Positions 24,376 to 35,827 of a DNA stretch of 55,532 nucleotides are shown piece by piece. A program made the position numbers and the translations under genes. The notes beneath the pieces are model-generated. The model saw only the letters and a list, made by a program, of their open reading frames with translations, was not told the origin of the DNA and did no database searches. Numbering within the stretch: position 1 is the stretch's first letter; each line of letters starts with the position of its first letter. The stretch comes from Chiloscyllium plagiosum. Its lineage: Eukaryota. The DNA lies in assembly GCF_004010195.1 (NCBI RefSeq), contig NC_057754.1, positions 3,547,800 through 3,603,331 on the forward strand, read 5' to 3'.

Positions 24376-24632
24376 ACCTCAACGCCAATCCTCCTGCTTT
24401 CTCCTTCCAGCCCTGCATGTTCTCCCTTTTTCAAATAAGAATCTGACTCCTTTTTAAATGCCTTGATTGAATCACACTCTCAGGGCACTCTAATTAGATC
24501 CTAACCACTTGCTGTGTGAGAAACATTCTCCTCCTGTCTCTGATGCTTCTTTGGCCAATTACCTCAAATCTGCCCATGACCTTTTCTCCTGCCCTACTCT
24601 GCGCAGATCTGTCCTGTTTACAAATACCCCCA

Positions 24633-25050
24633 GTGAGTTTTGAGAAGATTTGTAGCTCAGGTTGAGGTTTTGGATGTAGGTTTGCTCACTGAGCTGGAAT
24701 GTTCATTTCCAGACGTGTCGTTACCTTACTAGGTAACATCTTCAGTGGACCTCAGCGAAGCAATGCTGAAAATTCCTGCTTTTGATTTACATGTCTGGGT
24801 TTCTTTGGGTTGGTGATGTCATTTCCTGTGGTGAAGTCACTTCCGGTTCCTTCTCTCAGGGGGTGGGAGATGGGGTCTAACTCAATGTGTTTGTTGATAG
24901 AGTTCCGGTTGGAATACCATGCTTCTAGGAATTCTTGTGCATGTCTTTATTTTCCATGTCCTAGGATGAATGTATTGTCCCAGTTGAAGTGGTGTCCTTC
25001 CTCATCCATCTGTGAGGATTCTAGTGAGAGTGGGTCATGTGTTTTTGTCC
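24633..25050 (-). mobile_element. Penelope-like (Poseidon-type) 3' fragment
   Basis: Minus strand EGHHFNWDNTFILG..QEFLEAWYSNRNSINKHIELDPI (GIY-YIG C-terminus) followed by a hammerhead motif. Confidence 0.78.
24708..24749 (-). ncRNA. Minimal hammerhead ribozyme motif (GAAA changed to GACA)
   Basis: Reverse complement TCCA CTGAAGA T GTTACC TAGTAA GGTAAC GACAC GTC TGGA; stems I and II pair perfectly. Confidence 0.65.
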
Positions 25051-25460
25051 TGTCAAATCCCTTCTTGGTTTCATTCAGGGAGACCAGCACCATCCCCCCC
25101 CAATCCTGATCCATCCCATCCCTCCACGTAACTGAAGTTCTGTGACCCTAGAACAATTCTTGTGAGTCGTTTCCACAGCCCCCTCCAGTTGAGACCAAAC
25201 CAGTGTTTTCAGCTTTGTTAGTCTTTATTGATTCAGTTGGACTGTGGAGGCGAATGAGATGGGGATGAAGAGGTGGAAATCCCTGTGGGAACCCGGTCAC
25301 TGATTGGGAAGCCAGTAGGGATTGGGTTGGGCTGAATGGTCTGTTTTGTGTGTGTGGAACTTGATGCGTGTTCACCCCATGGCCATGATTGATTCACTGG
25401 ATGATGACAGGACTGTTGGAAAGGTTGTGGATTTTACATTTTTGACTCCTTGTCCCACAG

Positions 25461-25504
25461 GTTTACGTCAAGACTCTTTCTTCTCGTTCCTGTCGCCACT
25501 CTCG
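25461..25504 (+). CDS. CDC42BPG: CDC42BPG-like 44-nt exon after the coiled coil
   Basis: CAG/GTAAGT, phase 1-0 fits both neighbours. (G)LRQDSFFSFLSPLS. Confidence 0.82.
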
Positions 25505-25734
25505 GTAAGTAAGAGGAATCCAGCGTTGTTGAGATGACCCATCTATTCTCCACCCCACGCTCAGTGACAGTAGCATTGGTCCCCTTTCTACCATCGATCC
25601 CCTGCCTTTAGAACCTCCCTCTGTACCCTACTGGGAGCGGGAGGAGGCCATTCAGCCCATCCACCTAATCCTCCATTCGGTTAGATCTATTGTATCTCCC
25701 TGCCTAACCCTTCTCACCCAGCAAAGGTCTATTC

Positions 25735-26522
25735 AGATGGCAGAATGACTTTAATCTAGGTAAGTGTGCGGTGGTGCAGTTTATGTTACGGAGAAATATA
25801 CAGGACCCTTAACAGCATTGAATTACAGAGTGATCTTGAGGTTAAGTCCATAGCTCCCTGAAAGTGGCCACACAAGTAGATAGGGCGATAAAGAAGGCAT
25901 ATGGCATGCTTGCCTTTATTGGGCAGAGAAATGACAAGAGTCAGGATGTCATGTTGCAACTGTATTAGACTTTGATTTGGCAACACTTAGAGTATTGCGT
26001 TCAATTCCGGTCGCCACACTAAAGGATGGATGTGCAGGCTTTCGAGAGGGTGCAGAAGAGGTTTACCAGGATGCTGCCAGGATTAGAAGGTATGAGCTAG
26101 AAGGAGAGGCTGGAAAAACTCAGGTTGTTTTCTCTGGAGGCTGAGGGGAGACTTGAATGAAGTCTATCAAATTATGAGATGCACAGATGGGGTTGATGGT
26201 CAGAATCTTTTTCCCAGAGGTGAAATGTCTCAACCTAGGGGTCACGCATTTAAGGTGAGAGGGGGAAAGGTCAAAAGAGATGTGAGGGGTGAGTTTTTTA
26301 TACAGAGAGCGGTAGAAGTCTGGAACGCACTGCCTGGGGTGGGGGTGGAGGTAGGTATAATAGGGGTGTTTAAGAGACTTTTAGATAAACACATGAATAT
26401 GCAGGGGATGGAGGGATATGGACCAAGGGCAGGCAGAAGGGATTAGTTGAATTTGGCGTCATGTTTGGCACAACATCGTGGGCCCAACGACCTATTCCTG
26501 TGCTGTACTGTACTATGTTCTA
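25735..26522 (+). mobile_element. CR1-like LINE ORF2 3' fragment
   Basis: LEYCVQF, ERVQKRFTRMLPGL and FKVRGG motifs with 3' tail. Confidence 0.85.
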
Positions 26523-26813
26523 TCTCAGTCCTGACCTTCAGTTGATCTCCCAGGTTTATTTGGGATGAGTTCCAGATTCCACTCCCATTCCATGAGGAAT
26601 TGCTTCCCTACATCACTTTCACAGGCTTGGCTTGTATCTGAAGGTTCCTGCCCCTTGTTCTGGACTCTCTGCTCCCCCAGTAGAATAAATCATTTCTCCT
26701 ATAGGGGAGCTGGCTTCACAACCCTCTCAGCTCCAGGATCATTCTGGTGAACTTGCATTCTGGCCAAGTCCTGTAGATTCCTCCTGAGGTGTGGAGGTCC
26801 AGAACTTGTTAAT

Positions 26814-29488
26814 GGCATGGTGGCTCAGTGGTTAGTGCTGCTGCCTCACAGTATTTGGGACCCAGGTTTGATTCCAGGCTCGGGCAACTGTCTGTGTGGA
26901 GTTTGCAAGTTCTCCTCAAGTCTGCGTGCTCCGGTTTCCTCCCACAGTCCAAAGATGTGCAGATTGGGGTGGATTGGCCGAGCTAAATTGCCCCATAGTG
27001 CCCAGGGATGTGCAGGTTAGGGTGGATTGGCCATGCTAAATTGNNNNNNNNNNNNNNNNNNNNNNNNNNNNNNNNNNNNNNNNNNNNNNNNNNNNNNNNN
27101 NNNNNNNNNNNNNNNNNNNNNNNNNNNNNNNNNNNNNNNNNNNNNNNNNNNNNNNNNNNNNNNNNNNNNNNNNNNNNNNNNNNNNNNNNNNNNNNNNCAG
27201 GTTATGGTGGATTGGCCGTGCTAAATTGTCCCATAGTGCCCAGGGATGTGCAGGTTAGGGTGGATTGGCCGTGCTAAATTGTCCCATAGTGCCCAGGGAT
27301 GTGCAGGTTAGGGTGGATTGGCCGTGCTAAATTGTCCCATAGTGCCCAGGGATGTGCAGGTTAGGGTGGATTGGCCGTGCTAAATTGTCCCATAGTGCCC
27401 AGGGATGTGCAGGTTAGGGTGGATTGGCCGTGCTAAATTGTCCCATAGTGCCCAGGGATGTGCAGGTTAGGGTGGATTGGCCGTGCTAAATTGTCCCATA
27501 GTGCCCAGGGATGTGCAGGTTAGGGTGGATTGGCCGTGCTAAATTGTCCCATAGTGCCCAGGGATGTGCAGGTTAGGGTGGATTGGCCGTGCTAAATTGT
27601 CCCATAGTGCCCAGGGATGTGCAGGTTAGGGTGGATTGGCCGTGCTAAATTGTCCCATAGTGCCCAGGGATGTGCAGGTTAGGGTGGATTGGCCGTGCTA
27701 AATTGTCCCATAGTGCCCAGGGATGTGCAGGTTAGGGTGGATTGGCCGTGCTAAATTGTCCCATAGTGCCCAGGGATGTGCAGGTTATGGTGGATTGGCC
27801 GTGCTAAATTGTCCCATAGTGCCCAGGGATGTGCAGGTTATGGTGGATTGGCCGTGCTAAATTGTCCCATAGTGCCCAGGGATGTGCAGGTTAGGGTGGA
27901 TTGGCCGTGCTAAATTGTCCCATAGTGCCCAGGGATGTGCAGGTTAGGGTGGATTGGCCGTGCTAAATTGTCCCATAGTGCCCAGGGATGTGCAGGTTAG
28001 GGTGGATTGGCCGTGCTAAATTGTCCCATAGTGCCCAGGGATGTGCAGGTTAGGGTGGATTGGCCGTGCTAAATTGTCCCATAGTGCCCAGGGATGTGCA
28101 GGTTAGGTTGGATTGGCCATGCTAAATTGTCCCATGGTGTCCAGGGATGTGCAGGTTAGGGTGGATTGGCCGTGCTAAATTGTCCCATAGTGCCCAGGGA
28201 TGTGCAGGTTAGGGTGGATTGGCCGTGCTAAATTGTCCCATAGTGCCCAGGGATGTGCAGGTTAGGGTGGATTGGCCGTGCTAAATTGTCCCATAGTGCC
28301 CAGGGATGTGCAGGTTAGGGTGGATTGGCCATGCTACATTGTCCCATAGTGCCCAGGGATGTGCAGGTTAGGGTGGATTGGCCGTGCTAAATTGTCCCAT
28401 AGTGCCCAGGGATGTGCAGGTTAGGGTGGATTGGCCGTGCTAAATTGTCCCATAGTGCCCAGGGATGTGCAGGTTAGGGTGGATTGGCCGTGCTAAATTG
28501 TCCCATAGTGCCCAGGGATGTGCAGGTTAGGGTGGATTGGCCGTGCTAAATTGTCCCATAGTGCCCAGGGATGTGCAGGTTAGGGTGGATTGGCCGTGCT
28601 AAATTGTCCCATAGTGCCCAGGGATGTGCAGTTTAGGGTGGATTGGCCGTGCTAAATTGTCCCATAGTGCCCAGGGATGTGCAGGTTAGGGTGGATTGGC
28701 CGTGCTAACTTGTCCCATAGTGCCCAGGGATGTGCAGGTTAGGGTGGATTGGCCGTGCTAAATTGTCCCATAGTGCCCAGGGATGTGCAGGTTAGGGTGG
28801 ATTGGCCGTGCTAAATTGTCCCATAGTGCCCAGGGATGTGCAGGTTAGGGTGGATTGGCCGTGCTAAATTGTCCCATAGTGCCCAGGGATGTGCAGGTTA
28901 GGGTGGATTGGCCGTGCTAAATTGTCCCATAGTGCCCAGGGATGTGCAGGTTAGGGTGGATTGGCCGTGCTAAATTGTCCCATAGTGCCCAGGGATGTGC
29001 AGGTTAGGGTGGATTGGCCGTGCTAAATTGTCCCATAGTGCCCAGGGATGTGCAGGTTAGGGTGGATTGGCCGTGCTAAATTGTCCCATAGTGCCCAGGG
29101 ATGTGCAGGTTAGGGTGGATTGGCCGTGCTAAAATTACCCGTAGTGCCCAGGGATGTGCAGGTTAGGGTGGATTGGCCGTGCTAAATTGTCCCATAGTGC
29201 CCAGGGATGTGCAGGTTAGGGTGGATTGGCCGTGCTAAATTGTCCCCTAGTGCCCAGGGATATGCAGGTTAGGGTGGATTGGCCGTGCTAAATTGTCCCA
29301 TAGTGCCCAGGGATGTGCAGGTTAGGGTGGATTGGCCGTGCTAAATTGTCCCGTAGTGTCCAGGGATGTGCAAGCTAGGTGAGTTAGTTTTGGGAATGGC
29401 AGGTTTTCAGGGATAACGTCAGGATGCTCTTCGGTGGGTCAGTGTGGACTCGATGGGCCGAATAGTCTGCTTCCACACGGTAGGGATG
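26814..29488 (+). mobile_element. HE1-like SINE inflated to ~2.7 kb by an internal 53-bp array
   Basis: Head at 26814-26885, V-domain, array, then 3' tail GGACTCGATGGGCCGAATAGTCTGCTTCCACAC at ~29446-29480. Confidence 0.88.
26954..29375 (+). repeat. 53-bp minisatellite, ~45 near-identical copies (includes a 154-N gap)
   Basis: GGATGTGCAGGTTAGGGTGGATTGGCCGTGCTAAATTGTCCCATAGTGCCCAG. Confidence 0.97.
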
Positions 29489-29970
29489 CAGTGAACTGAA
29501 CTGTGATCTTATTCAGAGGGCTGTTGGGGAATGAAGAACCCTTGGATTCCATAGTGACTCTGGGTGGGCTGTGTGGGCTGTCGGGGGGTGGGGGGGAGGT
29601 GGGGAGGTTGGAGTTGTTTCATTCCAACACACTGCTGCCTAACTCAGGGCAGGTCCCGTTTGGCCCATCGCTGCTTGTGCTTGTTGAGTTGCATCGGTTT
29701 CTCGTCTGGCGTTTCAAGCCCTCTCCTAGCCCCCTCGGAATTCCTCACCCAGAAACATAGAAAATCAGAGCCGAAGTAGGCCATTCGGCCCTTCGAGCCT
29801 GCTGCACCATTCCGTAGGACCATCTAAATCCCTCAGTCCCTCCCTCACTTTGCTCTTGGTGAAATCTACCTTGTGGTTTTAATTACCCGTCCTAATCCCT
29901 TCTCTCTGCGACCCGGGAGTTGAATGACGGTGACGCGCAAATGAAAGTTGTTGTTGTTGTTGTTTGACAG

Positions 29971-30087
29971 TTCGAGTCGCTGGATTTCCCCGCCACCTCG
30001 CGGCTCTCTCCGGACAGCAGGAAGTCTCCGGGAAGCCCAGTGCCTCAGCCTGAGAGTCCGTCTTTCCGGAGCAGGGAGGTGCCGGAT
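29971..30087 (+). CDS. CDC42BPG: Last visible CDC42BPG-like exon (Ser/Pro-rich linker)
   Basis: (GTT)n..GACAG acceptor, GTGAGT donor, 117 nt, phase 0-0. FESLDFPATSRLSPDSRKSPGSPVPQPESPSFRSREVPD. Assigned by position and splice signals; the linker is poorly conserved. Confidence 0.72.
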
Positions 30088-30664
30088 GTGAGTACAGTCG
30101 GTGCTGGTGCTGGTGGTAGTGAGAGTGGTGGTTGGAGAGTCACTGCGGGTTCCCCCACTATGCACCTTTCTGCGCCCCCCTGGGGACCAGGGGCTGCGGT
30201 CAGATGGCCCCATTCTCTCTGGTGTCCCTCAGACCGTCTGCCGTCTCCACGTGGGCCTTTGGCCTGTGTTGGTGCTCCGTGTTGGGTTCGACATCGGTGT
30301 GTGTTACGCCTTCGGAATTCATTCCTGCTAACGTGGGCAAGGCCTGGCATATATCGCCCACCCATTGAGGGGATGGTAAGGGCGCGTGTCCCAAGATGTT
30401 AAACCGGCCTCAGCAAAGGGATACCTTTCCAAAGCAAGATTGCGGGTGTGAGTTGGGAGGGCAGCTTTTAAGGGGCTGTGCTCCCATTCACTTCCTGCCC
30501 CTGTTCTTCTCGGTGGGAGCAGTTGTACGGATTTTTACTCAGGTACAGGAGTACAGTGGAAAGTTTACAGTGTCGCCGTTCCCGGCGCCATCTTTGGTGC
30601 TAAGTGGCAAAATAAGGAAATAAATTTAGAAGTCCCTTCCTCAGTGTTTAGCCATGCTGGGTTC

Positions 30665-31357
30665 ACCCACTCTCTCTCCTTCTCACTCTGCTCTCTCTCC
30701 CTCTCCCCCACTCTCTCTCCCTCGTGCTCTTTCCCTCTGCATGGTCTCCAAGTCCCCCGCACTCTATCACTCTCCCCCGCACTCCATCGCTCACCTACCC
30801 TCCTCCCCACCCCCACTCTCTTGTGCTCTCCCCCACACTCTCTCCCTCTCCACCAGGCTCTCTCCNNNNNNNNNNNNNNNNNNNNNNNNNNNNNNNNNNN
30901 NNNNNNNNNNNNNNNNNNNNNNNNNNNNNNNNNNNNNNNNNNNNNNNNNNNNNNNNNNNNNNNNNNNNNNNNNNNNNNNNNNNNNNNNNNNNNNNNNNNN
31001 NNNNNNNNNNNNNNNNNNNNNNNNNNNNNNNNNNNNNNNNNNNNNNNNNNNNNNNNNNNNNNNNNNNNNNNNNNNNNNNNNNNNNNNNNNNNNNNNNNNN
31101 NNNNNNNNNNNNNNNNNNNNNNNNTCCCTCTCCCCTCACTCTCTCCCTTTCCCTCGCTTTCTCTCCCTCGCGAGCTCTCCCTCACTCCCCTGCGCTGCTT
31201 CTCCCACTCCCCCACGCCGTCTCCCTCATTCCCTCGCTCTCTTCCTTGTTCCCTCTCCCTCATTGTCCTTCCCTCTCCCTCATTCTCTGTCCTTCTCCCT
31301 CACTTTCTCACCCACTCCTTTGTGTGCGCTCTCTCTCTCTCTCTCACACACACACAC
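30665..31357. repeat. CT-rich low-complexity tract with gap, ending (CT)n(CA)n
   Basis: Direct inspection. Confidence 0.85.
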
Positions 31358-32073
31358 CTCAGATGCACTGGGCACTTTGAAAAGACCCATCTCTCCCATG
31401 GGAGGTAAGCAGATTAAAATAAGAATTTTAAAAACTTGTGGAAGAAGAAAAGGAAGTAAACGTGCGTGTGGGGTGGATGAGGTCCGGGCAGGAGCCCGCA
31501 CATTGTGGTGCTGAAGGACCTTGCTGAGTCCCTGTCTCGATACCCTGGGTTCAGGTATATGTATGGTAGAGGGCTGTGCCCTCCACAAAACCAGAACAAA
31601 TCCATGCCAATCAAAGGCCGCTCTGAGGACCTGCTCTTAGTCAACAGCAAAGTGTCATCAAGAGTGCTGTAATTATTAGCAGCAATGACCTCCCCTGTTC
31701 AGTTTGGATTCTGTTAGCATTCACAACTCCAGACCCTCACTGTTGCCACTTCCCGCCACAACTAGGGACGGGCAACGTCCTTAACGGCGATGCCCGCATC
31801 CCCAAGACAAAACCCAGATATCGCGGGCAGCTTTCTTTCTTTATCGAGGGCACAGCCCCAGCCAGGGTTGCCATACGCTCATCGGTGCCTCGTTCTCTCT
31901 GTCACAGTCGAACGTGAAGCCCGTGTCTCCTCGAAAGGTGTTGAAGAAGCCCACGTCTCCGCCGCCCGTCACCCCTCAGGCACCCAAGGTACGAATTGCG
32001 GTTTTCGAGAAGATTTGCAGCGCGGGTTGTGGGTCGGGTTGGGAGTTTGCTCGCTGAGCTGGGTCGATTTGCT

Positions 32074-32115
32074 CTCTGAGGTTTCGTCACCGTGCGAGGT
32101 GACATCATCAGTGAG
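32074..32115 (-). ncRNA. Minimal hammerhead ribozyme motif (core intact, cleavage side mutated)
   Basis: Reverse complement CTCA CTGATGA T GTCACC TCGCAC GGTGAC GAAAC CTC AGAG. Confidence 0.62.
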
Positions 32116-32399
32116 CGTCCGATGGAGCGCTGGTGTTCTGTCCTGCTTGCTATCCGTGTGCCGTGGTCTGTTGTGGTGGGTGATATCTTCCGGTTCTTTT
32201 CTCTGAGAGGTTGGCGACAAGGGTCCAAATCGATATGTTTTGGAATTCCGAGAGGCCTGGCGTTCAAAGCGGAATAAACACATCGATTTGGACTCCATTT
32301 ACCAACCTCTCCAACAAAGAACCAAAGTGATATCACCCACCACAAAGACCAAGACACACAAATAGCAAGTGGGGCAGAGCACCAGCGTTTCATCCAACG

Positions 32400-32441
32400 C
32401 TCACTGCTGATGTTACCGCGCATGGAGACGAAACGTCTGAG
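32400..32441 (+). ncRNA. Minimal hammerhead ribozyme motif (core A changed to C)
   Basis: CTCA CTGCTGA T GTTACC GCGCAT GGAGAC GAAAC GTC TGAG. Confidence 0.58.
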
Positions 32442-32864
32442 AACCAATCTACCAGCTCACAACCTGAAGGTAAGAACTTACAAAACAGGGCAAGGACTTG
32501 GGAATTATTCCAGGTGGGGCTCCAACAATTTATAGAAATAACTTGGATGAAGGGAGCAAAGTCTCGATCGCTAATGTCACAAAGGCAGATGGGAAAGTGG
32601 GTTTGAAGAGGACAGAAAGGAGGCTATGGAGGGTGAGAGAATGTGCCGGGGAGGATAGGAGGTGGGAAGATGGGTAATTGTCCATTTTTTTTTGGCAAGA
32701 GGATTTTTATTTTAAATGTATGCTATCTCAATGCAGCAGGACCTGAGTGTCCCAGTCCATAAATAACAGAAGGTTTCTACACACGTATAGCAGGTAACTT
32801 GGAAAGTTGATAGAGTGTTACCATTTGTTCAGAGAGGAATTGAAAAGTCGAAAGGTTAAGCTTT

Positions 32865-33400
32865 CATAGAGTCATAGAATGCCTACAGTGTGGCCCTTTG
32901 GCCCAACAAGTCCATACCGAATCTCCGAAGAGTAACCCACCCAGATCCATTCCCCTACCCTATTATCCGATATTTACCGCTGACTAATGCACCTAACCTA
33001 CACATTCCTGAACACTATGGGGCAATTTAGCATGGCCAACCCACCCTAACCAGCACATCCCTGAATACTATGACGCAATTTAGCACGGCCAATTCACCCT
33101 AACCTGCACATCCCTGGGCACTATGGGACAATTTAGCACGGCCAACCCACCCTAACCTGCACATCCCTGAATACTATGGCGCAATTCAGCACGGCCAATT
33201 CACCCTAACCTGCACCTCCCTGGACACTATGGGACAATTTAGCACGGTCAATCCACCCTAACCTGCACATCCCTGGGCACTATGGGACAATTTAGCACGG
33301 CCAATCCACCCTAACCAGCACATCCCTGGACTGTGGGAGGAAACCGGAGCACCCAGAGGAAACCCCACACAGACAGTCGCCTGAGGTGGGAATCGAATTT
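32865..33400 (-). mobile_element. HE1-like SINE (5'-truncated) with ~6 internal repeats
   Basis: 53-bp units at 32995-33330 and V-domain at 33330-33395. Confidence 0.82.
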
Positions 33401-33721
33401 GCTTGGGTCCAGATCCCAGTTGGCGGAATTTAAATTCGGTTGATAAATCCTGGAATCAAAAGCTGTTCTCCGGACCGATGATCGTGAGGCTGTCACCGAT
33501 CAATCACCTCCGCACCTTCTCAGAAAGACATCTGGCCTTCAGACCCACAGCAATGACTTTTAACAACCTTCTGAAATACTCTAACAAGCCACTGGAGGGC
33601 AGAGTTCAGAGGCACTTAAAGAGGAGCAACAAACACTGGCCTTCCCATAGCCCAGGGAAGAATTTTAAAAGGGGATGAAGAAGGCCATTTTATCCATCAG
33701 GTCAGGACTGGTGCTGACACT

Positions 33722-34221
33722 NNNNNNNNNNNNNNNNNNNNNNNNNNNNNNNNNNNNNNNNNNNNNNNNNNNNNNNNNNNNNNNNNNNNNNNNNNNNNNN
33801 NNNNNNNNNNNNNNNNNNNNNNNNNNNNNNNNNNNNNNNNNNNNNNNNNNNNNNNNNNNNNNNNNNNNNNNNNNNNNNNNNNNNNNNNNNNNNNNNNNNN
33901 NNNNNNNNNNNNNNNNNNNNNNNNNNNNNNNNNNNNNNNNNNNNNNNNNNNNNNNNNNNNNNNNNNNNNNNNNNNNNNNNNNNNNNNNNNNNNNNNNNNN
34001 NNNNNNNNNNNNNNNNNNNNNNNNNNNNNNNNNNNNNNNNNNNNNNNNNNNNNNNNNNNNNNNNNNNNNNNNNNNNNNNNNNNNNNNNNNNNNNNNNNNN
34101 NNNNNNNNNNNNNNNNNNNNNNNNNNNNNNNNNNNNNNNNNNNNNNNNNNNNNNNNNNNNNNNNNNNNNNNNNNNNNNNNNNNNNNNNNNNNNNNNNNNN
34201 NNNNNNNNNNNNNNNNNNNNN
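33722..34221. other. Exactly 500-N gap, probable fixed-size scaffolding join
   Basis: The only round-sized gap in the window. Its flanks are unrelated, whereas the other gaps sit inside repeats or low-complexity tracts. Confidence 0.8.
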
Positions 34222-35335
34222 GTGATGTTGTGGATGACACCAAAATTGGTGGGAGAGTGGGCAGTGAAGAAGGTTATCTTGGATTATAAAGAGATCTTGA
34301 TCAATTGGGTCAATGGTTGAGGAGGGGCCGATGGAGTTTAATTTGGATACATGAAAGATATTGGTAAAACAAAAAAGGACACGGCTTATACAATTCAAAG
34401 TAGAGCCGTGATAGTGTTGTGGAACAGAGCAATCTAGGGATTCAGGTACATAATTCTTTTGAAGTTTGCATCACATATAGATAGGGTGGTTAAGGAGGTG
34501 TTGCGACGACATGTTGAGGTTGTGCAGGACGTTGGTAAGGCCTCTTCTGGAGTACTGTGTCCACCTGTGGTCTCTCTGTTACAGGAAGGATATTGTCAAA
34601 CTGGCAGAGGGTTCAGAAGAGGGAGAACAGTGAGGACTGCAGATGCTGGAGCTCAGAGTCACGAGTGTGGTGCTGGAAAAGCACAAGCAGTATCCGAGGA
34701 GCAGGAGAATCGACGTTTCAGGCTGTAGGGTTCAGGGTTGAGAAGTGATTTTTCAGGATGTTGCCGGGAATGGACGGTTTGGGTTATATGGAGAGGTTGG
34801 GACTATTTTGAGAGGTGACCTTGTCGAGGCGCATAAAATCATGAGGGGTATTGATAAAGTGAGTGGCGATGTCGTTTTCCTGGGGCGGGGTGGGGGAATG
34901 CTTTCAATATTAGGGGGTATATTTTTAATGTGAGAGAAGAAAGATTTAAAAAATACATGAGGGGCAATTTACTGTACACAATGATTTTTGTGGAGAAATC
35001 CTCCTGAGGATGTGGCGGATGGGGTCCAGTTTCACTGTTTAAAAGACAGTTGGATAAGGACATGAACAGGGAAAGGTTTGGTGGGATATCATTCAGGAGC
35101 AGGCAGGTGGGGCTAGTTTAGTCTGGGAGCAGGGACTGGTTGGATCTAAGGGTCTGTTTCCATGCTGTCTGACTCTATCGCTCTGTAACATTTAAAAGGC
35201 ATCTGGATGGGTACATGCATTGGAAGGTTAGAGAGGGAAGTGGGCTAAATGCTGGCAAATGGGAATAGACTAATTTAGGATATCTGGTCAGCATGGACGA
35301 GTTGGACCGAAAGGTCTGTTTCTGTGCTTAATGAC
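34222..35335 (+). mobile_element. CR1-like LINE ORF2 fragments with a PLE-terminus insert (~34625-34725)
   Basis: DDTKIGG RT motif at the gap edge; RGDLVEAHKIMRG; 3' tails. Confidence 0.8.
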
Positions 35336-35827
35336 TGTAGACGGGGTGGTGTAGAACTGGGAGGATCTGGGGAGGAAGAATTAAGGGCTGGCAGGACTCG
35401 GAGTGAGGAGGTTGGGGCGAGGGTGTGGTGGTGGATTGGGGGTCTGGAGGACCTAGAGGGTTGAGGGGGTGGGGGTAATGGGAGTTGATGGATGGTGTCA
35501 AGAATGACATGGGAGTAGGGAGGCTTGGACCCTTGGAGGGCACTGGGCGATTGGAGACTGGGAGGACCCTTTTCACTGCTGGGAGAATGAGGGCAAGGAG
35601 GAGCAGTGAGGTTATACAGCAAGGTTAGAGGGAGTGGTGGAGGGACAGAGAGGTGGACAGACAGGGAGACTCAGCGGGACCAGAGAGACAGGTGAGTCTG
35701 GGCGATGGAAGGCTGTAGGAGCTGAGGGAGCACTGAGGGGTGTGTGTGTGTGTGTCAGTGTCAGACAGTGACCGTGCAATCGAGCTGTCTGGGTGGCTGT
35801 TGACTCTCTGCTCTGATTGAATCGCAG

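Larger units (their letters stand above)
32001..32467. mobile_element. Inverted pair of Poseidon-type Penelope termini
   Basis: 32055-32240 is the reverse complement of 32276-32460; both encode KHIDLD and carry a hammerhead motif. Confidence 0.78.

Noticed and set aside
31430..31470. GAAGAAGAAAAGGAAGTAAA as DRAP1 exon 1 (KKKK)
   Set aside because: No ATG-P-S upstream and no YNARFPP downstream in any frame.
30565..34398. Long ORFs spanning N runs
   Set aside because: They are open only because N codons are not stops; the same applies at 2592-2842, 27008-27277 and 39148-39545.
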